Part shown: in pieces, positions 37,111 to 48,800 of the stretch | How the letters are laid out: each line of letters begins with the position of its first letter | Numbering within the stretch: position 1 is the stretch's first letter | Assembly (NCBI GenBank): GCA_040954595.2 | Contig: CM082598.2 | Span: 5,967,097 to 6,031,096 of the forward strand | Reading direction: 5' to 3' | From: Balanoglossus misakiensis | Lineage: Eukaryota > Animalia > Hemichordata | DNA length: 64,000 nucleotides | Translations under genes and position numbers: made by a program | The notes under the pieces: model-generated | Seen by the model: only the letters and a program-made list of their open reading frames with translations | What the model was told of the DNA's origin: nothing | Database searches by the model: none

Positions 37111-37923
37111 ACGACACCCAAGTGGATTAAACATACATGTATATATGTTGCCTCACTGACACAATCTTCACTTTGCACACAGTATCATATATAAAAACGT
37201 AATAAAAATACACATTACTCTTTACTTATGAAGAGAAATTGTTGTTAGAGACCGGGTTTCAAAAAAACACCGAGGACGTCGGGCCATCAGTGTGCATTCA
37301 ACGTCTTATAACTAAGCATGAATATACGGTGCTGGCATAATGTGAGTGTGGCCATACGATGCTTTCGCTATTAATGAACAACTTGTACGTTAACAAATGC
37401 CAGTTTTGTTGGCAAAAAGTATGTTTTTGGCTTTTCACAACATTGAACATACATTCATAGTTCAATAACTTGTGAATTGTGGACCTAAACGTTCATACGT
37501 TCAATGTTCTGGTGTTTTTTTAACGGAGCGATCGGTCACGATGTTACCAACGAGCATGTACAGTCTAAACTAAATCCTCGTTGTGTATGTTTCTTTGTTT
37601 GTTTTTTGTTGTTTTTTACATGCTATTACATACAAATATGAAAAGTTTCATTTCAGTTATTCATTAAAATGCAAACATTTGCCAAAAAACATGTGAATAG
37701 ACACCTCACAGGCCATAGTCGTATCATTAGCTTTCAATTGTCAATTTTAGCATGACATCGTGAGTAATTAAGCTAATTTTGCATATTTTCCATGCTGCAC
37801 CTTGTCTGACAAGGTAATCGATTGCATATTTGAATTCCTTGACCCTGAAAACATTGCAATAGACACCTCACTTAACACTGTTGGCTCTCTATTGTAGACC
37901 ATTGATTTTAGATGGGCGTGTCA

Positions 37924-38990
37924 CCTAATTAACATAAATTAGCATTTTTACCAATTCACCAAACGTTTCTAAATTTAAAAAAATACTTAAAAATATTTAA
38001 ATGAATATAAGAATATGATTTCAATAGACTATTATGGTGTTGACCTGTGATATTGCACCATAATGGCTACAAACAGCGTTTTCTTTTAGGTATTTTGAAA
38101 TTATGACGTCACAAATTAACTTGCCATTTTCGACATGAAAACGTGAAAAGAATTTTTGGGAACAGGCAAATTCGAAATCAGCGTATTCGAAATATCCAAA
38201 AACAACTTGTTCCCAGCTTGTACCAAAAAAATGAATGACATGCTTTTAAAATGCTCATTTTCTGAAATTTCCACCTGGACCTAATTAACATAAATTAGCA
38301 TTTTACCAATTCACAAAATGTTTCTAAATTAAAAAAATTGTTTAAAAATATTTAAATGAATATAAGAATATGATTTCAATAGACTATTATGGTGTTGACC
38401 TGTGATATTGCACCATAATGGCTACAAACAGCGTTTTCCTTTAGGTATTTTGAAATTATGACGTCACAAATTAATTTGCCATTTTGGACATGAAAACGTG
38501 AAAAGAATTTTTGGGAACAGGCAAATTCGAAATCAGCGTATTCGAAATATCCAAAAACAACTTGTTCCCAGCTTGTACCAAAAAAATGAATGACATGCTT
38601 TTAAAATGCTCATTTTCTGAAATTTCCACCTGGACCTAATTAACATAAATTAGCATTTTACCAATTCACAAAATGTTTCTAAATTAAAAAAATTGTTTAA
38701 AAATATTTAAATGAATATAAGAATATGATTTCAATAGACTATTATGGTGTTGACCTGTGATATTGCACCATAATGGCTACAAACAGCGTTTTCCTTTAGG
38801 TATTTTGAAATTATGACGTCACAAATTAATTTGCCATTTTCGACATGAAAACGTGAAAAGAATTTTTGGGAACAGGCAAATTCGAAATCAGCGTATTCGA
38901 AATATCCAAAAACAACTTGTTCCCAGCTTGTACCAAAAAATGCCTGACATGCTTTTAAAATGCTCATTTTCTGAAATTTCCACCTGACTA
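37924..38990 (+). repeat. Three tandem copies (about 355 bp) of the right end of the Academ-like element
   Basis: cctaattaacataaattagc at 37924, 38280 and 38635; near-identical units. Confidence 0.92.
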
Positions 38991-39692
38991 ACAGTCCTGT
39001 TGGCAAACGTGCTCCAATAGTCTTTGCAGACAACCATCATAAATGCATGAAACGCAGCACACTCATTCAGCCCGATAATAGGTGCTAAAAGATAACATTT
39101 TGAAATCACTAACATTTTTTCCAGTGACCAAATTTTCTCAGTGTGAAACCACTGTTGATTTTGTGGAAACATTAACGTGGCCAGTTTTGTCCAGTGGCTG
39201 TGATTGAAACCATCTCCAATACCAGAAAAATGCTGATCCAAAACAAACGTTTAGAACAAATTGTCATTTTGACTCGTGTACTCAGAGTTTTTGAAACTTT
39301 ATCAAGTAATAAGACTTCAGAGAGGGGGGGGGAGCAGTATCCCCTTCCATTTATTGGCTGTTAAACAGATGTGTCCATGCAAAATAAGGCAATAAAGATA
39401 ATTGCTCAGTATTTTAGTGAAATCTGCAGTAGATTCATGGCATCATGAATTGTAACAGAACCTCTAAGTCAACTCTTCGTTTGTGTAGTGGGTGCGAGAC
39501 TTCTACCATAGTTTAAATTTACCAGATTGTGGATATTTAAAGTGACATCTTGAAACCATAGCCAGATGTCTGTTATGAAGTGATTCCTGGAAGTTGAAAG
39601 GCTTCAGAAACTAGCATTGGTGTGTCTCTACAAAAGTTAAGTCAACTGCATGCTGAAACAGAAGCATTCTTCTTGCTTTTATGCAGATGCAC

Positions 39693-40660
39693 CACAGACA
39701 AAGAGAAAAACAGACTAGCAACGCTATTGTCAAAAGGTGTGAAGTACATCTCCTAATCCCCCTATGCGTGTTTCAGCTCCCCTTCAAGGTGCAGCTTGTC
39801 TCCGAAGATTTCCGAACGTATCCACTTCGGCAATGTCCGGAATTTTCCCGATTATAAAACGAAAGTGTTTTCGGGAAAGTTCGTGTTGTTGTTTTCAGTC
39901 AGCTGGGACGGAAGCCGAGTGGACAGCGAAAATTTGAGGAAGTTTGAGTATCGGAGAGATGAGTTTGACCATTTTAATAGTTTGTACGAAAAATTTATGA
40001 ATATATAATAAGTATGTTTGATCGCAAATTTCAAAAGGTTTGATAATCAATCTCGAATTTTTTTGAATGGATTCCGGTTTGCCGAATATTGTCCTTTAAA
40101 ATCTGCGAGGTTGTTAGCGTAAATAATACTTCTAACGTGTAAATATAGTCGTCATGAAGTAGTGTTCAGTCGTGTCCTGGGTGCAAAGCGGTGCCAAGCA
40201 AGGTCATGGTACGATCTGTCAAATTGGATGTCAAGGAAAAGGCGATGTGTTGTTACTGTGTTTAATGTCGGTGATAGTTTCCATTGGGTCGTTGTATAGC
40301 ATTTGCACTTAACAGACTTGCAGTATGCCGTTTGGAGCATGAAAACTGTAAGAAATTACCGCCGGCTATTCTAAGACAACAAGGGTTTCTTATGATATTA
40401 TGTCATCGTTCGCATTGTTGGAAGCCATAGGTTGACACTGTAGGTTGCTGTCGATAAAATGACGCTACCGCAAAGTATTCTGGGAAATCTCGCCACAATT
40501 GTCGCATAATATCGTACAATAATGACGCATACGCGAGACCAACCCTGGTCTCCGCGGAGTCTGACACATTTGAAACTTATCTCAGCCGTTGTTTATCGAG
40601 GCCCACATAACATCAAAGGGACATGCCGCGTTGCTAGTCTGTTTTTTCTCTTTGTCTGTG
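39693..40660. mobile_element. P-element-like non-autonomous element
   Basis: GATGCAC|CACAGACAAAGAGAAAAACAGACTAGCAACGC...GCGTTGCTAGTCTGTTTTTTCTCTTTGTCTGTG|GATGCAC: about 32-bp TIR, 7-bp TSD, CA...TG termini. Confidence 0.85.
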
Positions 40661-40987
40661 GATGCACTTAGCGTCCCCATCCTCTACATACTGTAATCAG
40701 TCTCAGTGTTTGCCTGCTCGAGATTGTCAGTTTTTCATAAAAAGGAAATATTCATTTAAATTAAGCTTTAAATAATCTTATATATGATTTTAATTATGTC
40801 TATTAAATGACATTTCATAATATATCAAGATCAACACTTATGTATGACAAAACAGGCCAAAAATGAAAGAAAATCTAAAATTCCTGGATTTTTTAAAAAG
40901 TGCAATTTTGCAATGAAAAATGAAAATCTAATAACTCAGTGGTGTACATTTACTTGCATGAGTTCTAGTGGAGGAGATCATGTTTTG

Positions 40988-41735
40988 TTAGCTCTGCTGT
41001 CACTTGTGTCAGCCGAGCTATAGCAGTAGGTTGATAAGTGTCTGTCCGTCGTCCGTCCGTCTGTCGTCCGGCGTCCGTCAACTTTTGGTATTTCAATCTT
41101 CTCCACAACTACATGTACGATATGGGACTGAAATTTGGTAGGAATGTGTGTTATGGTGCCCCTACCTGATTTTGTTTATTTGGATATGATGGGGTCATAA
41201 ATATGCAAATTAGATCTAAAAATAGGTAAAAATTGGTAAAAATCTTCTTCTCCACAACTACATGTACGATGGAGCTGGAATTTGGTAGGAATGTGTGTTA
41301 CGGTGCCCCTACCTGATTTTGTAAATTTGGATTTGATGGGGTCATGAATATGCAAATCAGATCTAAAAATATAACTTTTGGTCAAAAATCTTCTTCTCCA
41401 TAACTACATTTACGATGGACCTGAAATTTGGTAGGAATATGTGTTATGTTGCCCCTACCTGATTTTGTTAATTGGAATTTTGATGGGGTCATGAATATGC
41501 AAATTAGAACCTTGGTGCTTCCTTTTGATGTTGTTCTTTAGGAATCAATTCTTTCTTTCTTTAGCACAATGAATCAAGCTGAATTTGGATATTAAATACT
41601 TGTGATGTGTATGTTTGGTTTTGTTTAATAGAATACAATTGTTATGATTAAAACCTAGGGTATTCATATCATTGCCCAGCTATAGGTTACACTGTTAAAG
41701 TCAGCAGAGCTCTTTTGACCGATAGGTCACTTGTT
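40988..41735 (+). mobile_element. pearl/CvA-like Helentron-associated element with internal about 148-bp tandem repeats
   Basis: Subterminal IR agctctgctg / cagcagagct, (GTCC)n tract, three units starting tcttctcca.aactaca, 3' hairpin tgacc-gata-ggtca, then cttgtt. Confidence 0.75.
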
Positions 41736-41871
41736 TATGAAGTTCAATAGTCAGAAATGCAACATTTTCATTGTTTCTTGCATTTCCCACTGTGGCAGCC
41801 ATATTCCTTTATGGCAAAGCTTTATTATTTATCTGGTTAAAACTTGCAAATGCACTCATATTTAGGGTTAA

Positions 41872-44800
41872 CCCCTTGACTACCATTGCCTATGTAATAC
41901 CATATACCACAGCCAATATATACAAATGGGCATAAAACTGGGTGTAGTCAGTTAACAGTCAATTGTGTTTGATGAGTTGATGTTTGAATGCACAAACTAT
42001 ATATTTTCTGAATCATTATTAACTAAGCTTTGTTTTAATTAAAATATTGTGTCACGTGATCAGTCATGTGACCTGTCACGTGACCTGCACTGCCATGGAA
42101 TATGAATGGTTGATGATATTTTGAAATAATATTTATCCATTGAGCAACCTAAAATGAAATATCAAGAAATATTTTATGCTTTTTTGCACATTTTTAATAA
42201 TAACAAACAACTCTTGGCACTCTGAATGTTTCATATGTTTGAAAATTAAAAATTATGCTATTGAATTTGGACATAACTGATTGATGTAATTATTACTGAA
42301 CAAGCTGATTATCTACATACATAGTAAAATCAAAGATATGTTGGCACCACTTGTTGATGCAGTCAACATAATGTCAAGCCAGTGTTCTTTTGATAAATAG
42401 TTTGATCAGTGTTTTTTTGATAAAAATTGTTTGATCGTCATGAGCCAGGTCACATGACAGACCATGTGACAAAACCAATATGGCCGCCATATTTGACAAG
42501 TGATGTCTCTTCAATGAAATTATTTCCCTCGCTCTGCTTGCCCAACCTGCATTCAAATATATCCACAAAGATTGTTGCATGTAAACTGAACAACATATTT
42601 ATTCACTTTTCACAACATTCACAACATATTTATCTTCAGATGAAGATAAATAAATGGAACAAATCAACACTGAAAACATGGTCCGTATAAAACATGCTAA
42701 AATTCAATATATGGTGTCATTCAAAATTCATTGAACAATTACATTTTGCTTTAGATTTTTTAAAAATAAATAAATGCGACTTGAAATATACTCAGCAAGC
42801 AACATTGATTCATTAATTAAAATTTAGTAGATTCTTTTACTGAAAAATATTCAGTTGTTATTTACATATTATTTGTGATCAAAATGACTTGATCATGTGA
42901 GGTAACATTATCACGTATAATGTGTCCGGCTCAAAATCGCAACTGTGTGTGCCATATTTTAAAACATGGAACGCTACAGAGTCCAGGTTGACTTGGACAA
43001 CTCTCACAGTATGTGTTAACATCTCGTCTGACTCCACGCTTGGAACAAACACGGCATCTTCTCTGTGGTTTACTCCATGTTGCTGTCGGCAACAGCTTAC
43101 TGGGAAAGTGGCGCTCAGTCAATCTTATCATAGCTTCAGTCTTGTTGGTGTGGTCAGGTGCATCTGTGTTGAAGATCAGACTGGAAATAACCTGTAATGT
43201 AAAAGAATAAAACAAATATCACATATCGATATGTACTTACACAAAAATAAAAACATTTTTTATTGCAACTGATCATTTTGTTACATATTGTGTATGTATA
43301 TCAACAATGCATAAATGTGTACTTACGTGATGCTGGAACTTCAGAAAGTCACATTGTCCACCACTCTTTCTATACAGAATGTGAGCATTGAGTAAAGCAA
43401 TCTGTATGAAATGCACAGCCAACTTCTTGTACCATTTCAGTGTTTTACGGGCAGCATTGTAAGGTTGAATCATCTAGAGAAACAAATCGTCAAGGATCAC
43501 ACTTTTCACTGTTCATTGTAATGAATGAGAAATATAATTGTTTGAAATGAATTGAATTGAATAGTTGGATTCATTTTTACACTTGGATGATCTAACCCCG
43601 GTAACAGATAAATATGAAGTTTATAAACCAGAATACAGTAAAATTGTAAACATGTACACAAATCAGAGAAAACAATATCTACATGTAAGAATTGATAAAT
43701 AAAGTTTGTGTGCATGAGTATATCCGGACAGAATTTGTCAGTCATCACTTTAGCCACTTCAAATTTGAATCTGATCATTCTAATCATGTACTAAATGCAA
43801 TGCCATTGTCAGAACCAAAACAAAACACAGAAGCAAGAAACAACATTCCACAAAAATACAATAATAATACTTTTCAAGGATACTTGATCTGCTACATCAA
43901 CACCTCCCATGTTGGTATTGTAGTCGATTACTGCCTGTGGCTTCTGGACTTGTCTCTGCCGCCGTGCCCTTCCCCTTGCATTGTACACTCTCGTGCTGTC
44001 ATCATGAATAGTTGTCAGGACATGGACATCTTTCTTGTCTTTGAATTTGAGGCAGAGTAGAGGTCCACTATGGAAGGATGTAGTTGCATCTTGTGGCACT
44101 CTGGTTGTACGGACAACGGGTGGAAGGTTGTTTAGACGAATTGTACCACAAGCCATCGTTGACTGATGATGTAAGTAGTAGAAGAGACGAGATGTTGTGT
44201 ACCAGTTATCCATATAGGCTGAGTATCCCTGGCCGAGGAGTGGTAATATTAAATACAACACCATCTTTTCTGGCTTCTTGAAATGACTGACATTTCTTGG
44301 TAGGAGGGCTGTTACATCTTGGGTGTTGTCTTCCCGTCCTGTGTATACCTGAAACCTGTAGGTATACCCTGACTTGTCACACAGGGCAAATATCTTGATC
44401 CCGAATCTGGCTCGTTTCAATGGGATGTACTGCCTGAAGAACAAACGCCCTTTCCAAAGAAGTAGAGACTCATCAATAGCTACATTTCTGTCTACGGTGT
44501 ACACAGCTTGAAACTTCTCAAAGAAGTGATCTAAAAGCGGACGGATCTTGAAAAGTCTATCTCTCTGTGGATCTTGGGGGTCAGGACTGATGCTGTTATC
44601 GTTGAGGTGGAAAAATTTCAACAGTAGTTGAAAATAATTTCTTGTCATAACACTACCAAATAATGGTGTGCTGTACAATGGATCAGTGGACCAATATAGT
44701 GATATGGATGGTTTCTTTATGATACCCATCAACAGCAGTAAACCAAGAAATTTTTTCATGGTAGCAACATCTACTGGGTGCCAGAAATGGACATTTGAGT

Positions 44801-45871
44801 ATCTTGGCAATGCTGGATTGGCATCTATGAATTGTTGGGCATATAGGTTGGTTTGGGTGACAAAGTGGTTTATCAAATCCTCATTCACGTATAGCTGGAA
44901 GAAATCAATTGGGGTAAACCCCTCCGTTTCAACCAGGAGGCCCGGTGTACCAGTGAACTCATGAAGGTCAGGACCTTGAAAATGACCTTGTACCCAATGA
45001 AGTGGTGACCGTGGGCATTCCCATGGAATATTATCTGCCTGATCACCTCTGGCACCAACTTGATCTTCAGCTACTGCATCGTCTACAGTTTCTGGGGTAT
45101 CATTTTCATTTGCTGTTGGGATATTTCTGTCACGAATTCGCCGTCTTACATCGCGCGCATCCAGATCGCCTTGACCCTCATTACCAACCACTCGACCTCG
45201 ACGGCGACGTCTATCTCTATGACTACGACTGTTATTGACTTCGATTTCAGCACCATCTCTCCCACTACAGTCACCACCACCACCACCATCACTACCATTA
45301 TCACTACGTCTAGTGACATTAGCGACATTTACCTCATTTTCCGCATCTTCATCGTCATTATCAAAATCATTTCTGGTCGGCGTCACCACGTCCTCATGCT
45401 CGTCTCTGGCCGACCCATTGAAAACATCATCATCGCCCGTTATTTCATCCGCTTCTGTACCGCTATCATCGTAATCACTATCCCCATCATCTTCTAACAT
45501 TTGTAGAAGTTGTATTGCAGTGAGTTGTTGACGTTTTGGCATAGCGCGAACGTCTTTTTCATCACTTCCGTGTGCGACAAATCGAATGAATCACAATCAT
45601 TACATTGACCTTTTGACGTCAGGGTCAAGGGTTACTTGCTCAGGGCAAACATGTGGCCGTACTCGGACTCATGAGGGCGCAAACTCATTCAGGTCGGTTA
45701 CGGACATCGTCGAGCAACCAGTTGAAAAGCGTGGTACCACGTAATGAAAAAATCCCGGTACCAGAGAAACCATAGATGTCAGTTAGTTTATGACGTTTAT
45801 TTCCGGCACTCAAGGTATATAACTAATTGTTACAAAGCCGTTTTTATCCGGCACTCAAGGTACTCAAGGGG
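41872..45871 (-). mobile_element. Full-length piggyBac transposon (4.0 kb)
   Basis: TTAA|CCCCTTGACTACC...GGTACTCAAGGGG|TTAA (13-bp TIR, 1 mismatch) enclosing the transposase gene. Confidence 0.95.
42931..45542 (-). CDS. piggyBac transposase, 3 exons (45542-43884, 43473-43327, 43191-42931), about 688 aa
   Basis: Catalytic motifs AIDES, YMDNWY, MGGVDVADQ; exon 2 KWYKKLAVHFIQIALLNAHILY; exon 3 Cys-rich CRVC...YCESC...LC..PCF; phase-0 GT-AG introns give a continuous frame. Confidence 0.92.
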
Positions 45872-48800
45872 TTAAAATACTTGTATACAGTTCAGTGCCT
45901 ACATCTGCATGGACTAATACTAGTACAGTTTGAAAAAAATGATAATTATCCCTAAAGTTTCAACTTATATGCCTGTAAACGACATACCTTGTATTTGCAT
46001 GAATTTGTCGTCAACCGGCAATGGATTACTTGTATGAAAATGTTTGGAGTTCTCACAGCGATTTTAAATTCATCACCGTTTTCTTGGGCTGGTCATCTGA
46101 CAGGCAGCATGGTTGTCAAAGGATAAATCTTTTATGTCAACCGAGCAACATATTTAATATCATGAAGTGTACACAACATTTGCACTGCTGGAACTATCAT
46201 GACCACAACACTTGTTTACTCACCATGGAGGTCAAGTGGACCTCTATAAAAACGGTAGACCGTTTTAATCCAGCTGACTTTCGAATTGCAACATACCGTC
46301 ACAATCAAATTTGATAAGCCTATTTATATGCATTAATTCAAGTTTAATGGAGGGTTCCCGTACAGATTTTATGTTCTCTGCATACATCTGTAAGTGTTGT
46401 ATCAACTGATTTTTGCATCAGCAGAATTGTTGGCATGGTATATTGTAAAACAGACACTTTATTTCTTTCAGGGTTTTTCAACAGGCCTTTGTTAAATGAC
46501 ATCACATTTTTATTTGTTTGATTACCAAACTACATAAGGTTGAATGTATTTTGCAAACCTGATCAGTGAACACAGTGGGGTAAACCTCCATAGCTGCCAA
46601 AAGGCACATTTTTCATGAATTTTCCTTTTAAAACTTCAGCACTTTGTACCTGACTTGGCTATTGTCGACTCGTGTCACTTAATATGTATTATTATACACC
46701 TACTGCTGTAACCTATGGAGTTCTGTAATACAATAATTCGCGGTATCACCGTACAATTATTATTCAAATGAGAACACCCCTCAACACCGTCACCAAAAAA
46801 GAGTGGCGCAGGGCTGCTCTCACCTTTTCACACGTGGCACTTACAAATGAACGCCGCCTTAGGGCCGCTGCTCGGGCGGCGTTGATGGCACGTGTGAAAG
46901 GCACTAAAGTGTTTTACAGTATGTACCTTTTAATCCCTTCAAATATTTGAATATGATTAATTCCATGATTGGTGGAACAAGAAACCACAGTTGATACCCC
47001 AAAAAAGTATTGAGAAAATAACCCGAAGTTGGAGTTACTGAGCTTTAAATTGATTTCAATAATCTTCCAAGTGAAAATTGGCTGAAGCTCCTGTAGTAAG
47101 TTACCTGTTGGTAGTTTGACACAGATGACAATGTTTGACTGTTTATACATTTCTTTGTTTGATCTTTTAGAGGAATATTCAAGCACTGCAGAAGAATCTA
47201 GAGATGGCACAGAAAAAAAAGAACTCGAATTGAAACAACAGCAAGATCAGCATGCCAGACAAAGTCAACTCATAGCAGGAAGACAACAACAACAGCAATT
47301 ACAAAGATTACAACAACAGAGAGCCCAACAGCAACAAGCAGTGCAAGCATAGCCAGCCAATATACAATCAACAACTCGGACATCTCTTACTTAGTCAACA
47401 AGTAAGTTGTCACAAAAATGTGTACAGTGAATATTTGAAACCCATGACTGAAACCCATATCACTCCTGGGAATCTTTAAGTGGGGAATAAGAAAATGTTT
47501 TTTCTATAAAAGGAGCTTTCTTGATGTTATAAAATAACATGTTCTGTGTTATTCCCAAAATCATTATAATGTATTGGGGACCTGACTCATTGAGTTAGAA
47601 AGTCACACAGAAGGAATTCAATGCACAATTAGCCCAAAGCAGACCTAAATTACAGACAAAGAAATACAACAAATCTTGTCTCAGTCTTATTTTCATTTCT
47701 ACTATTTTTTCCGTCATACTAGTGTGGAAGCACTGATGACAACCTCTGGTAGAAAGTTTAAAAGACCGACAACTGTCTTTTGCGCATGTGTGTAATTTCC
47801 CGTGTACAAACAGAATGTTCAATCCAAAAGTTCTGCAAATATTGTGTTCATTGCATTCAAATAAGGGGCTGCCTTCCTTTCCTTCAATATTTCATGCACA
47901 CTGTATACATAGACTTCAGTTTTGTCCCTTCTTTTCACCCAGTTTGCTGTCTTTACCCAATCTCCAACACAGACTATGGTCGCTGCCATCTTGTCTGTTG
48001 CTTGGACAGCACACTGTCTTAAGACATTGACTGTATACAATTTTTGTAACCAGCGTCTCTGGTTTAGCACATTCACGTTAGACGATCGTCACCCTTTAAC
48101 AAAGTCTGCTTAGAATTTCGATCACACAGTTTCCAAAATGCCTAGTACATCTAATAACATAGGGAATTAAAGCTGCAAACAGTGTTTGTGGGGCACAAGC
48201 AATTCCCAGGATTCCAACAGAATATCAAGGATTATCTGTTGTGGATGCTGAGATATGGCAAAAGTAGAGCAAACGTCACCCGGAGGTCACCCAAAATTTT
48301 GTCAAAAAACATTGATCCTAAACTGAACTATGTCCAACAAAAACTAGACTTCTTTCTTTATTGGTTAGCCTAAAATGAGGTGTGTACATAATTAATGAGG
48401 TCAACATTGGTCAATGCGGTCCTGAAATTAACAATAATATTTTAGACGTGGCCTAAATCTATTCACCAAAGTACATTTACTTTATGCCTCCCTAAATTTC
48501 AGTCGGAGTGACAAATGTGAACAACGTTAAAGAGAGCTGTCTCCTGATACATTGCCACCTTCTGTGAAGTGACTTTAAAAAGAAAACCATTTTGTTGGCA
48601 TTCAACAGCAACAGCAACAACAACAAGCTAGCTGTACACAAGCAACCATTCCACCACCACAACAACAACAACAACCAGCAGCAACACAACAAACATGGCA
48701 ACAACAACAGCAGCAGTTATCACAACAACAGCAATTACAACAACAAGAAGAACAGCTGTTACTAGGACATCAGCCATGGCCGCGACCACAGGTACCTCAG

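Larger units (their letters stand above)
34369..38990. mobile_element. Academ-like non-autonomous DNA transposon (4.6 kb)
   Basis: ACA|TAGTCAGGTGGA...TCCACCTGACTA|ACA: TAG/CTA termini, 3-bp TSD, imperfect TIR extending to ggcattttttggtacaagc; no long ORF. Confidence 0.8.

Noticed and set aside
44668-45497. Plus-strand ORFs overlapping the piggyBac transposase
   Set aside because: Antisense shadows of a coding, low-complexity region.
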